DNA of 64,000 bases from a virus, in IMG/VR virus record IMGVR_UViG_3300048577_000531, positions 1,459 through 65,458 of that record; one strand, given 5' to 3'. Position numbers and translations under genes: made by a program. Numbering within the stretch: position 1 is the first letter of the stretch; every line of letters begins with the position of its first letter. The notes under the pieces were generated by a model, which saw only the letters and a list, made by a program, of their open reading frames with translations, ran no database searches and was not told the DNA's origin. Shown in pieces: positions 27,843 to 36,872 of the stretch.

Positions 27843-28532
27843 TCAGGTTGCGGAAAGACCGGACCGCGCCTCGCGAAGCGTGCGCAGCAGGTCGCTCATC
27901 GCGCCGTCCTCATCCCGAGGTTCCGACGACTTGAAACCGCGCGAGGCGATTGCCTTCGCGGCAGCATGCGAGAAACCTCCAACGTCCCGCAGGAAGTCCT
28001 CGAATTCACGAATTGTCTTGATGCGATCTGCCGCCTTGACGGCACCAACGCGAGCCTTGTCGTTCGCCGGAAATGTCACGATCGACAGTTCCCACAGATC
28101 GATGCCGGTCAGTTTGCGACGCGGCTCGCCCGGCTTCGTGCCGGCGACAAACTCCTTGACCTCATAGCCGATCGACAGTCCATCGAGCGTGCCGGCTTTC
28201 AGGCCTTCGTAAATGTACTGGCCACGCTCGGTCGACATAGCAAACAACTGGCCCTCGACCTTGAGGCCCTTGCTGTTCTCTTCCATTTTGGTCCACTTGC
28301 CGACCGGCAGCATGTCGTCGGCGCTGCCGAGGAATCCGCCGCCGTGCTGCAAGAGCATGGGTGGATACTTTCCCTTGCCTTCCCAGTCCCGCAGCGTGTC
28401 CTTAAACGCGCCCTTTTCGATCACGTCGCCGTAGGAATCGACGTTGCCGAACACGGCACCGTATCCGGAAAAGGTACCGTCCGGCGCACCGGAAGCGAAC
28501 TTGATCTCAAACCCGAGATTGAGATGTTCCAT
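27843..28532 (-). CDS. HK97-family prohead protease
   Basis: FSGYGAVFGNVDSYGD, MLLQH, LDGLSIGY, LWELSIVTFPAN. Confidence 0.95.
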   Translation of the reverse strand: MEHLNLGFEIKFASGAPDGTFSGYGAVFGNVDSYGDVIEKGAFKDTLRDWEGKGKYPPMLLQHGGGFLGSADDMLPVGKWTKMEENSKGLKVEGQLFAMSTERGQYIYEGLKAGTLDGLSIGYEVKEFVAGTKPGEPRRKLTGIDLWELSIVTFPANDKARVGAVKAADRIKTIREFEDFLRDVGGFSHAAAKAIASRGFKSSEPRDEDGAMSDLLRTLREARSGLSAT

Positions 28533-28533
28533 G

Positions 28534-29805
28534 TCAACCCCCAGCCGATGCTGCCGGCCGCTGCTTCGCAATCATCGGCACGCCATCGGCGCCGATCGGA
28601 CCCACATTGACGGGCGCGAAGATGTTGTCGCCACCCGGCACCTGCCCATCCTCGTCGTCGGCGCGAACTTCGTTGATCTTGCGCCAGCCCGGATTGCCGC
28701 CGCCGCCGAGCGCGATCTTGTTGTATTCGGCCTTCGACTTCATGTCGGGCGCCATGAAGTCAGCGTCGACGAAGCGGATGTAATAGCCTGCCCGACGATC
28801 TTCCTTCGACAATAGCCAGCGCCGCATGGACGACGCGACTCGCGACTGCCACGGTCGCACGGTGTGCACCAGGTGCTGCAGAAACATCTGCTCGGCGGAT
28901 GCGAAGGTCGGCGCCTTGTCTCCGGAGTAGCCGACCATGATCGGCATGACGCCAAAGCCGCGGCAGATTTCCTCAACCTGGAACTGGCGAAGCTCGATGT
29001 GCTGGGCGTCCACGCCCTTCATCATCATGGGTTCCCACTTGAGCCCGTTATCCAGCACGAGCGTTCGGAACTTGTTGGCGACTCCCTGGTACGAATTCGC
29101 CCACATCTCTTTCAGGCGGTCACGGGCGTCTTTGCCAAGCTCCTTCTCGGTCGTCAGGATGCCCCCGGGCTGACCGCCATTGCTGTGCAACCGTGCGTGC
29201 GTCTCCTCCGTCGCGATGGCGAGACCGATCGCTTCGCGCAACAACTTGATCGCATCCATGCCGACAGCACCGTTCCACGACGGCCCGCGGATGTGCCAGA
29301 TTTCCTCCTGGTCGAAGATCGCGTAGCTGCCATCAAGCATCTGTACGCGGTATTTCATGCGGAAATCGCTGCCGAGCTTCGGCTCGACCCGGTGCGGCTC
29401 GATCGGAATCAACTCGTCGATCTTGCCGCCCAGCGTCCCGATGAACGAATAGTGGTTGAAGCAAAGCGCGAGATGCAGCCCGATCGTCTCGCGATACCCA
29501 AACCCGTCCTGCAGATCGTTCGGCTCGTCGGCAATGATCTCGTACAGTTCGTGATCCGAGGCTTCCTCGCGGCTTTTGGTGCGCGGATCCTTGCGATACA
29601 GCTTGCAAGGAACGGTTAGCGCTTCTGTAATCCGACGCGCGCAGCCGAGAACCGTCGTCGTCTGCAGCGCGGTCTGCACATTCACCGAAACGCCGGACTT
29701 GACCGCGGCGCCGCCGAAGATGTCCTTCCACAGCTCAAGCCCGCCATAGCGGATGTCCGCCTTGGCTTCGAGCCCAGCCGCCATCGTTCGGAACAACCCG
29801 GCCAT
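28534..29805 (-). CDS. HK97-family portal protein
   Basis: EIWHIRG, NGGQPGGIL, LVLDNGLKW, EEICRGFGVMP, INEVR. Confidence 0.95.
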   Translation of the reverse strand: MAGLFRTMAAGLEAKADIRYGGLELWKDIFGGAAVKSGVSVNVQTALQTTTVLGCARRITEALTVPCKLYRKDPRTKSREEASDHELYEIIADEPNDLQDGFGYRETIGLHLALCFNHYSFIGTLGGKIDELIPIEPHRVEPKLGSDFRMKYRVQMLDGSYAIFDQEEIWHIRGPSWNGAVGMDAIKLLREAIGLAIATEETHARLHSNGGQPGGILTTEKELGKDARDRLKEMWANSYQGVANKFRTLVLDNGLKWEPMMMKGVDAQHIELRQFQVEEICRGFGVMPIMVGYSGDKAPTFASAEQMFLQHLVHTVRPWQSRVASSMRRWLLSKEDRRAGYYIRFVDADFMAPDMKSKAEYNKIALGGGGNPGWRKINEVRADDEDGQVPGGDNIFAPVNVGPIGADGVPMIAKQRPAASAGG

Positions 29806-29809
29806 TCAA

Positions 29810-30010
29810 TCAGCCGCCCGCATGTGTCCGGCTGCCCGCGACCTGCAGATACAGGCCGAACAGCACAAGTATTCCCCCGACGACGAAGCCTGCCGGCTGA
29901 TAGATCAGCCATACCCCATAGGCGATGGCGCCGGCGGCGCCGAGCGCGATGACGTCGCGGATAAGCTCCGGCACCGCGCGCGCGGCACCGATGGCGATCG
30001 ACTTGAACAT
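29810..30010 (-). CDS. Small two-TM protein between terminase and portal
   Basis: Hydrophobic 66 aa; typical position. Confidence 0.7.
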   Translation of the reverse strand: MFKSIAIGAARAVPELIRDVIALGAAGAIAYGVWLIYQPAGFVVGGILVLFGLYLQVAGSRTHAGG

Positions 30011-30017
30011 GAAGACC

Positions 30018-31748
30018 TCAGAGGACGAGTAATGGCTCGCGATCGAGATAGGAGCCGCCGGCGGCGACAGTCGGATTTAAGCTCATCAACTGCGCCGCAT
30101 CTGCGAGCGCCATGAACGGATCGACCTTGCCGAAGCCCGCCTCGTCTCTTGCCACCATCATCGCGGTTCGCGTCGCGACCACACGAAGATTGCCGACGCA
30201 CCAGGCGAGCATGTCGGAACCGCAGTGACAGAACGAATAGTCCGCGAGCTTGATTTCCAGCGTCTTGATCGCGCCCATGAGCGCGATGCCTTGCGAGACG
30301 CTATCGAGCTCGTGGTCGTCGCCTTCCTGAGTCACGCCGATCTCGGCGAGCGCATCGACGATGGCGCCGATGCCGATACGGTCGACGCCGACCCCGCCGA
30401 GCAACCCGCGATCCTTGATCTTCTTCACCAGATCGACACAGTAGCGGATGTTGATCGGTGTTCCGATCTTGGTCACGTCTTCCGGCTTGACGTAGATGAA
30501 CTTGGTCAGATCGCCCTGCTGTTCGAACTTGTCGTAGTCGACGATGTTCGCCTTGCGCCGCTCGATGCCGACGTCGCTGATCATCGCATGCGCCCAACCG
30601 AGCCAGCGCTTGGTCACCTTCTCGCGGCCGATCACCGCGATGCCGAGCAAATCGTCAAGGCCGCCGCCGTCGATCCCGACCGTCACGACTTCGCAGCGAT
30701 CGAGAAGCGCATCGAGCGTGAGCGTCTTGTCGATTCCCCGCTCCCACACCAGCACGCCGGCCCAGGAGTCCGATCGCTCGGCCATTCCCGGTTCGACGTT
30801 GAGGTGCTTGGCGAAGAAGTTGATCAGCGACGAGCGGCCGGCGTGTTGCGCCTTGGCCATCTCGTCGACGAGATATTGCTCGCTGACGGAGACGTTGAGA
30901 TTCGGGTTCGGGATGTAGAAATATTCGCGCTTCTTGTAGTCCCCGCTTTCGATGAAGCGCTTCGGATATTCGTAGAGGACGCCGAGGCTACGCGGATCGC
31001 TGATCCTGCCGTCGCGCACGGCGCGGAAGTATTCCAGGCGCTGGGCATAGACGCCGGCCGGCGGTGCGTCGGGCTTGGTCGATGCCGAAATAACGAACCC
31101 TTCCGGCCGCGAGGCCAATCCGCCCTTCGCTTCGCGGATCATCGGTTCGGCGTTCGCGCGCTTGCCGAACAGCCACAGTTCGTCGATGAACAACCCGATG
31201 GTCTTCTTGCCGCCGACCGTTTCCGAGTCGGCCGCCACCACCTTGAGGAAAGCTCCGGTCTTCCGGTGCGTGATCATCCGAAAGTTCGGCTGCACGTGCA
31301 TCAAGGCCTTGAGCTCTTCATCGGCGTTGACCATGTCGCGCGCCGGGAAGAACGAATTGTCCGCGATCTCCTTCGTGGGGGCGAGAATGTAGAACTCGCC
31401 GGACTCACGCCAGTTGATGCTCAGTGCCGTCAACATCACGCCGGCGGCGAGCGTCGACTTGATGTTCTTCTTGGCGATGTCGAGGTGAAAGTCGTTGATC
31501 CACCTGATGCCGGTTTCCGGGTCGTAGGCTCCGAAGATCGCGCCCGCGAGATCGGTCGCCCATGGCTTGCACGACTCGCCCATCGTCGGCCGGTTGGCCA
31601 CATCGACGAGCCGCAGCGACTTGAACCGCTCGAGCGCGGCCTCGGCTTGGTCCGGAAACAACGGCGCGATCGGAATAAGCGACCGGCCTTCAACGATCCG
31701 CTGCTCCCAATCCTCGCACGCCGTCGACCACCAGGGAGCGACGATCAC
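30018..31748 (-). CDS. terL: Terminase large subunit
   Basis: IAKKNIKST (Walker A-like), LFIDELW (Walker B), GIDGGGLDD, KVDPFMA. Confidence 0.95.
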   Translation of the reverse strand: MIVAPWWSTACEDWEQRIVEGRSLIPIAPLFPDQAEAALERFKSLRLVDVANRPTMGESCKPWATDLAGAIFGAYDPETGIRWINDFHLDIAKKNIKSTLAAGVMLTALSINWRESGEFYILAPTKEIADNSFFPARDMVNADEELKALMHVQPNFRMITHRKTGAFLKVVAADSETVGGKKTIGLFIDELWLFGKRANAEPMIREAKGGLASRPEGFVISASTKPDAPPAGVYAQRLEYFRAVRDGRISDPRSLGVLYEYPKRFIESGDYKKREYFYIPNPNLNVSVSEQYLVDEMAKAQHAGRSSLINFFAKHLNVEPGMAERSDSWAGVLVWERGIDKTLTLDALLDRCEVVTVGIDGGGLDDLLGIAVIGREKVTKRWLGWAHAMISDVGIERRKANIVDYDKFEQQGDLTKFIYVKPEDVTKIGTPINIRYCVDLVKKIKDRGLLGGVGVDRIGIGAIVDALAEIGVTQEGDDHELDSVSQGIALMGAIKTLEIKLADYSFCHCGSDMLAWCVGNLRVVATRTAMMVARDEAGFGKVDPFMALADAAQLMSLNPTVAAGGSYLDREPLLVL

Positions 31749-32377
31749 TGTACCGCCTGCGTTCTACGCGGCGGCTCCGGAACAGCCCAGCGCCCTTGCG
31801 CTGCCGCCTCAGCGGCCCGCTGCGCCTGCTCCTTCTTGCCGAGCGGCTTTTCGCGCATCTCGTCCGGCATCCTGGCGGTTCCGACCGTCCCGCATTCGCG
31901 CTTGATCAGCGCCTTGTGAGCGGCCACCCGGGCGGTTTCGCTCAGGCTGTTGTCCGCGATCTTGGTGAGCACCAACACCGCCAAATTGGCGTATTGCTTC
32001 GCCTGCTCTCTGACCTCGCCGATCGCCGACGGCGCAAACGTCGGCGCCGCGGCGAACGGCAGCATGGGCGACGCGGCATCGCCGCCGATCTCCACGGCCG
32101 GCTTGCCGAAGCCGCGATCGAGCACTTCCTCAGCCGCGACGATCCGGGCGGAGTCGCTGCCGGCATGAAGCATGATGGCGACCAGCCCCTTGAGCGAGCT
32201 CTTAGCCCGGCCACGAAGGGCGCCGTCGATCTCGGTCGGCGCCGGCGCCGCCATCGCTGCTGCAAGATCAACGCCTGTCACCGCGGTCGGTGACTGCGCC
32301 GCCTTGGGCTTCCGCCCGGCACCCTTGCGGGCGCCGCCGCGTCGGCTGCCATCCTTCGCCACTCCCTTCGCAACCAC
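31745..32377 (-). CDS. terS: Terminase small subunit
   Basis: RGGARKGAGRKPK N-terminus; GKKEQAQRAA...GRW..PEPP C-terminus; overlaps terL start. Confidence 0.8.
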   Translation of the reverse strand: MVAKGVAKDGSRRGGARKGAGRKPKAAQSPTAVTGVDLAAAMAAPAPTEIDGALRGRAKSSLKGLVAIMLHAGSDSARIVAAEEVLDRGFGKPAVEIGGDAASPMLPFAAAPTFAPSAIGEVREQAKQYANLAVLVLTKIADNSLSETARVAAHKALIKRECGTVGTARMPDEMREKPLGKKEQAQRAAEAAAQGRWAVPEPPRRTQAVQ

Positions 32378-32474
32378 GTTTGAATTCCTTTGAATTCCGA
32401 CGTGGTAATCAAAGGTCTACGGCGCCAAGAATTTTGTGCGCGTGACCCCCACGCGGTTCGGACGCCCCAACCCC

Positions 32475-32822
32475 CTAGGGATTTTGACCCCCATCCCCCT
32501 GGTAGCGGCGCCGCCGTTCGTCCGCCGTTTTCCTGGTGTGGCAGGCGCCACATCGAAGCAGGATGTTCGTCTTGACGAGGGCGAGGTGCGGCGCATCACG
32601 CCGCTCTTTGATGTGGTCTCCGAAAATCCGAATGCCTGTGCGCTGCTTCGCCGGATCGTGCTCTGGATCTTCGCAGCGTCGACCACGCTCCTTGATGATC
32701 TGGTCCATCAAGGCTCGCCACTCGGGCGAGGTGTAGAAGGGATCGACCATCTTCTCCGCCGTCCTGACCTTGACCGAACGAGGCGGCCCAAGCTTCTGAC
32801 CAATGGAGCGAAGAACCGTCAT
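32475..32822 (-). CDS. HNH endonuclease (terminase-associated)
   Basis: FYTSPEWR, RCED, DHIKERRD, NILLRCGACHTRKT. Confidence 0.9.
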   Translation of the reverse strand: MTVLRSIGQKLGPPRSVKVRTAEKMVDPFYTSPEWRALMDQIIKERGRRCEDPEHDPAKQRTGIRIFGDHIKERRDAPHLALVKTNILLRCGACHTRKTADERRRRYQGDGGQNP

Positions 32823-32832
32823 CCTACCCTAT

Positions 32833-32868
32833 GAACGAAAGCGGGCCGCACCGTTGCCGGGCGGCCCG
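32833..32868 (-). terminator. Hairpin with T-rich tail (late leader unit 3)
   Basis: CGGGCCGC/GCGGCCCG stem at 32842-32868 followed by CTTTCGTTC on the minus strand. Confidence 0.55.
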
Positions 32869-32949
32869 AAGTCAAGGGAGGAAACGCCCAAGGAGGGCAC
32901 CGAAGTGAGCCACGTTCAACGGGGGTCAAACGCGTCTCAACCTATGGGT

Positions 32950-32994
32950 ATGAAACGAGTGAGGCCCGGGCACCCTTTCGGATGTCCGGGCCTC
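32950..32994 (-). terminator. GAAA-loop hairpin (late leader unit 2)
   Basis: GAGGCCCGGACATCC-GAAA-GGGTGCCCGGGCCTC, then ACTCGTTTC. Confidence 0.5.
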
Positions 32995-33071
32995 TTCGCG
33001 CACCAGGAGGGAGGGGTCGACTTTGCCAGCCCGGCATGGTCGGGCCGCACGCCGCTACACCCTATGTCCTG

Positions 33072-33108
33072 AAAAGCGAAAGCCCGGCGCATCACTGCGG
33101 CCGGGCTT
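33072..33108 (-). terminator. Intrinsic-terminator-like hairpin (late leader unit 1)
   Basis: AAGCCCGG/CCGGGCTT stem followed by TCGCTTTT. Confidence 0.65.
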
Positions 33109-33143
33109 CATTATCTCGTGCGCTGCCATCCCGCGTGGTCGGG

Positions 33144-33191
33144 ATCGTGATTACGTTCGTGATCGTTATCGTGATCGAATTCGTGATCAGA
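33144..33191. repeat. Four 12-bp tandem repeats, core WTCGTGAT
   Basis: ATCGTGATTACG / TTCGTGATCGTT / ATCGTGATCGAA / TTCGTGATCAGA. Confidence 0.9.
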
Positions 33192-33864
33192 GCTTTTCGA
33201 TGTCGCCTAATTCCATTTCGACAGGCGTCTCACGACCGAAGATGTGTACCAGAAGCTTGAGTCGGCACGTAGAGTCAAGTTCCGAAATCGGCACGTCGGG
33301 GAGTTCTTCCACAGTCGCATTGAACATCGCAAACGGCCCAGCCGCCACTCGCACCACCTCGCCGACGTCATACGCCAACTGCCGAATACTGATTTCCGAG
33401 CGGATCGCGTGCTTGTTGTCCTCCCTCGATCGCAGCACGTCAATCGCAGCATCGGCAACAGGTGCCGGCAACGGTCGGCCCCCGGACTCCTGGCACACCA
33501 TGCCCTTGATGCCCATGAGGTCGAATACCTCGTGCCATTGTCCATCGAACAAGCTGAACCGGATGAACAGGTAGCGCGGGAACATGGGGACCAGGATCGG
33601 CGCCTTGACCGCGAACGGACTGCGCCGCTGCTTCGGTGACAGCTTGTTCTTCGGCACTTTTCTGACTTCGTAAGTCTTCGGGTAGTAGACTTCGTAGCCA
33701 CCATTTTCGAGACCCTTGATCGCCCGCGCATCACTGTCGTGCGTGCTGAACCCGAGGTACCACGCCGGCCCTTCGGGCAGCGGCGCGACGATGTTGACCT
33801 CTTGCCACGACCGCTTGCTTAGCGGCTCGGCGTGTTCTTCCTTCGCTCGAATTCCCATGTACAT
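33187..33864 (-). CDS. NusG/RfaH-family transcription antiterminator (NGN plus KOW)
   Basis: WYLG..., VPMFPRYLFIRF, DVGEVVRVAAGPFAMFNATV, LVHIFGRETPVEM; RBS GGAGGGAGG before ATG 33864. Confidence 0.92.
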   Translation of the reverse strand: MYMGIRAKEEHAEPLSKRSWQEVNIVAPLPEGPAWYLGFSTHDSDARAIKGLENGGYEVYYPKTYEVRKVPKNKLSPKQRRSPFAVKAPILVPMFPRYLFIRFSLFDGQWHEVFDLMGIKGMVCQESGGRPLPAPVADAAIDVLRSREDNKHAIRSEISIRQLAYDVGEVVRVAAGPFAMFNATVEELPDVPISELDSTCRLKLLVHIFGRETPVEMELGDIEKL

Positions 33865-33908
33865 CCCGCCTCCCTCCAATTCCGAATTTCCAAGCCCTGG
33901 AATGTTCT

Positions 33909-34748
33909 TCACTCGGCTGCCTGCGGCGGCGGTCCTGTCGCACTGCCGTCGTTGGGTGGGTAGAGGCTCGGCAGGTACCAGCCACGCCGCCGCTTGCCGT
34001 CGACCTCGGCTGTCGTGACCGGCAGCGAGCCGACGCCAGTCGTTCGCTTGCGGTAGGCACACCACGATCGCCAAGCGTCCGAATTTTCGAACACGAACGT
34101 CCGGGCTGATGCCTTCGCTGCGAGTTCCCTAATCCGTTCTCGCTCGATCGCTTCGTCCTGCGCCTTCCTCGAAAAGCCGACGGCGGGAGTCCGAGTCTGT
34201 GAGTCAGTAGTAGTAGATTTGGGTTCTGATGACGTTTGTGGGGTGCCACCTATGGCACTCGGCACTCGGTCGCCGTGGCACTCGGCACCCGGTACTTTTC
34301 CACAGGTCGACGGCTCAGATTCACCGGGTGCCATCATGGCACCCGGAGTTACGTCGGTTTCTTCGGTTCCATCGGGGTTTCCGTCGTCGTCGACCACGTC
34401 AGGTTCCGGCCCGTCGACCGCGTCCGCGACCTCATCTTCCGGCCGCGTCCACATCCATTCGCCCCACTCCGCGGCATTGCGATCCAGCTGCAGGTAGTAG
34501 GTGTTGTTGCGCTGGCGCCCGTGGTCGTCGCGGGTCTTTTCGATGCGGATGTAGCCGTTCCGCTGCAGGGCATAGAGGTGGCGCATCAGCGAGCGCTTGG
34601 GCACGCTGGTCTCCCGGGACAGCAGATCCAGCCCCGGGAAGCACATCCCCGTGACGCGGTCGGCGCGGTTGGCAAGTGCCAGCAGCACCACCTTTGGCTT
34701 GGGCGGGAGTTCTTGATCGAACGCCCAGGTCATAGCTTGAACGGTCAC
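33909..34748 (-). CDS. HTH replication initiator (lambda O-like)
   Basis: AMTWAF...KVVLLALANRAD...CFPGLDLLSRETSV.KRSL.RHL..L...GYI. Confidence 0.8.
   Translation of the reverse strand: MTVQAMTWAFDQELPPKPKVVLLALANRADRVTGMCFPGLDLLSRETSVPKRSLMRHLYALQRNGYIRIEKTRDDHGRQRNNTYYLQLDRNAAEWGEWMWTRPEDEVADAVDGPEPDVVDDDGNPDGTEETDVTPGAMMAPGESEPSTCGKVPGAECHGDRVPSAIGGTPQTSSEPKSTTTDSQTRTPAVGFSRKAQDEAIERERIRELAAKASARTFVFENSDAWRSWCAYRKRTTGVGSLPVTTAEVDGKRRRGWYLPSLYPPNDGSATGPPPQAAE
34241..34346. repeat. Iteron-like TGGCAC repeats and palindromes inside the initiator gene (candidate origin)
   Basis: TGGCACTCGGCAC(T/C)CGG twice, GTGCCA-N4-TGGCAC, and an 11-bp inverted repeat CCGGGTGCCAT-C-ATGGCACCCGG. Confidence 0.65.
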
Positions 34749-34785
34749 GACGTCACGGTCTCATCTTCGGGTTTCTGTTCTTGGT

Positions 34786-35646
34786 TCACGCGAGGGAACT
34801 CGAACGGATAGAGCACCCGCCTTTACGCGGCGGGACGAGCTTGTATCGGGACTGCTTGATGCCAAGCGAACCGTCGCCGCGCCAATGCGCACGCACGATC
34901 TCAAGACGGCCAAGCTTGATGCGGAGGTGCGCACGGCAGAAGTGGAGCGCGCGCTTGCCGGTCAGATGTGCTTCGTGCTCGCCGTCGCTGGTCATGTCGC
35001 GAGGCGCGGCGACCTCAAGCTTGATCTCTGTCCATGCATGCAGCGGGAACTTTCCAACCGACTTCATCGCGCGGACAAGGTCACGCTCCAGACCGCGGTG
35101 CGGCATATGCTGACGGCGGCCGATGATGCGGGGCGTGTTGATCATGGCGAGGAAGCCATGAATTCTAAGCATGAGGCTAGCCAACTCCGGCTTCACCTGG
35201 TCATCAGGCATTGGGCCGTCTTTGCTCGCCTGGAACGCGCTTGGGTCGCTCAGCGACAGCCGATACTGCTGTTCGCCGGAGCAAAACAGTTCTCCGCCAG
35301 ACTGCGCAAGACGCACTCGTACCCAATCGCCATCTTCGGTGAGCAGTACGCCAGACCGGCCTCCAACGTCGTTCGTCCATTCCAGCCACGTCTTTGGGGC
35401 CGGCAGGAATGACGTCACCTCGGATATCGATTTGGCGCGTTGAAGGATCGTCTGCCCGCGAATTTCGGTATCGGGGATTTCGGCTGCAGAGCCGACAACC
35501 AGATCGCGAGCGGCCTCATAGACTTCCGAAACGTCGAAACAGTGGACGTCCGACATTCTGGATAGCAGGCCGCAGCCATCCTCGAATGTTCGCCGCTTCA
35601 ACGGCAGCGTTAGTTCTCTGACGATCCTGTGCGCAAGCGGCGTCAT
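34786..35646 (-). CDS. Hypothetical phage protein with C-terminal HxxRxH...VRAHWRG motif
   Basis: HFCRAHLR...VRAHWRGDGSLG. Confidence 0.65.
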   Translation of the reverse strand: MTPLAHRIVRELTLPLKRRTFEDGCGLLSRMSDVHCFDVSEVYEAARDLVVGSAAEIPDTEIRGQTILQRAKSISEVTSFLPAPKTWLEWTNDVGGRSGVLLTEDGDWVRVRLAQSGGELFCSGEQQYRLSLSDPSAFQASKDGPMPDDQVKPELASLMLRIHGFLAMINTPRIIGRRQHMPHRGLERDLVRAMKSVGKFPLHAWTEIKLEVAAPRDMTSDGEHEAHLTGKRALHFCRAHLRIKLGRLEIVRAHWRGDGSLGIKQSRYKLVPPRKGGCSIRSSSLA

Positions 35647-36065
35647 TTTCCGACCGCCTTCGTGAATGTGCCCGCCCCCAACACCTCCGCTTCATCCGGA
35701 TTCGCGGCGAAGATTGCCGCCGAGGTCGGACGCTGGAACAGGTACGGCGGGCATTGTCCGTCATATCGTTCCATGTGATCGATAACCCGAAGGTGCGCGG
35801 CCGATGTGAGAGGTGGGACGCGATCGGTCGCCCTCAACGCGACTAGGTCCGCTTTGCGTTCGGCAAGCCACGTTGGCGACATGCCGGCATACTCTGTTTG
35901 AAGGGGGGCATAATGCGCCCGATCGGCAACCCGCGCCAAACGGCGCTCATTGCGCGCCGCTGCCGCCTCTTCGTCGCTCGGAGTTGTCGCCCAATCGATC
36001 AGGCGACGCACATAGCGGTGCAGGACGCTGAAGCGGACGCCTTCGCCTCGATAGAAAGTCGTCAT
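35643..36065 (-). CDS. Hypothetical protein
   Basis: Coupled ORF in the early operon. Confidence 0.5.
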   Translation of the reverse strand: MTTFYRGEGVRFSVLHRYVRRLIDWATTPSDEEAAAARNERRLARVADRAHYAPLQTEYAGMSPTWLAERKADLVALRATDRVPPLTSAAHLRVIDHMERYDGQCPPYLFQRPTSAAIFAANPDEAEVLGAGTFTKAVGK

Positions 36066-36087
36066 TTCCCTCTCCTCTGTTTCTTGC

Positions 36088-36375
36088 TCATTCCGGCAAC
36101 CCTTCCTTCATCCCCGTACAGGGCGGGGCGTGTTCGATCTGCGCCCGCATGCCGGATGCCGTGCGCCACGCTCGATACGCAAGCCCATGGGGCGGATGCA
36201 CAGTGATCTTGACCAAGCCACAGTGGATGCACGCGCGCTCGGTCTCCTGGCAGCCTGAGGCGCCTTGAGGGATGGCGATGGGCTCACCCCAGCGATGCTT
36301 GCGGGCGGGGAGCTCGGAGACGGGTGCGGGTGCCAGCGGGTCCTCATCGGGGCTGAATGTGCGGATCTCGCTCAT
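36088..36375 (-). CDS. Hypothetical Zn-binding protein
   Basis: HRW...CIHCG...C. Confidence 0.5.
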   Translation of the reverse strand: MSEIRTFSPDEDPLAPAPVSELPARKHRWGEPIAIPQGASGCQETERACIHCGLVKITVHPPHGLAYRAWRTASGMRAQIEHAPPCTGMKEGLPE

Positions 36376-36689
36376 CCCGCCAGCGCCTCCCGCGCGATGT
36401 GGTCGGGCTGCGGGCCGCCGGCGCCGAGCGGGCGCCACTGGCAAGCGGCACCGCACAGCCCGTACCACGTCAGCCCGCCGCCGTTGTGGTCGATCCAGTG
36501 CGCCCTGGCGGTCGCGATGTAGCCTTCCTTGTGCGGATCGTTGCAGTAGGCGGCGAGCACATGCACGAGGCGGATTTGCACTTCGGTGCCGTCTTTCGGG
36601 ACGGTTTCGATCGGCTGCCAGCCGTGCGATTCGAGCGCGGGCGTCATCGCCATCAGCAGCTTGAGACGCGGATCAATTCCGTCGCTCAC
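36372..36689 (-). CDS. DUF551-like phage protein
   Basis: WQPIETVPKDGT...W..L. Confidence 0.65.
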   Translation of the reverse strand: MSDGIDPRLKLLMAMTPALESHGWQPIETVPKDGTEVQIRLVHVLAAYCNDPHKEGYIATARAHWIDHNGGGLTWYGLCGAACQWRPLGAGGPQPDHIAREALAG

Positions 36690-36872
36690 CCTCTCCTCCC
36701 CTTCCCTATCTTCCTTGCGATCTTCGGCAACCTGTTCGCTTCCCTTGCCCGTCTCCAGATTTCCTTCACCGACTTGATCGAGGTCTTGTGACGTAGAGCG
36801 ACGATGGCCGGGTGTTCACCAGCGAAGAAGGCAAGCTCGATCAGGGTGCGGTCGGGACGTGGGGTCATGGAG

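Noticed and set aside
26406-28610. 734-aa plus-strand ORF, and similar long antisense ORFs (e.g. 30225-31919, 14588-15403, 42607-43809, 48666-50045)
   Set aside because: Shadows of well-supported opposite-strand genes in high-GC DNA; Arg/Ala/Gly-rich with no motifs.
33144-33191. Possible CRISPR array
   Set aside because: 12-bp units without spacers and no cas genes; no repeat-spacer array was seen anywhere in the window.
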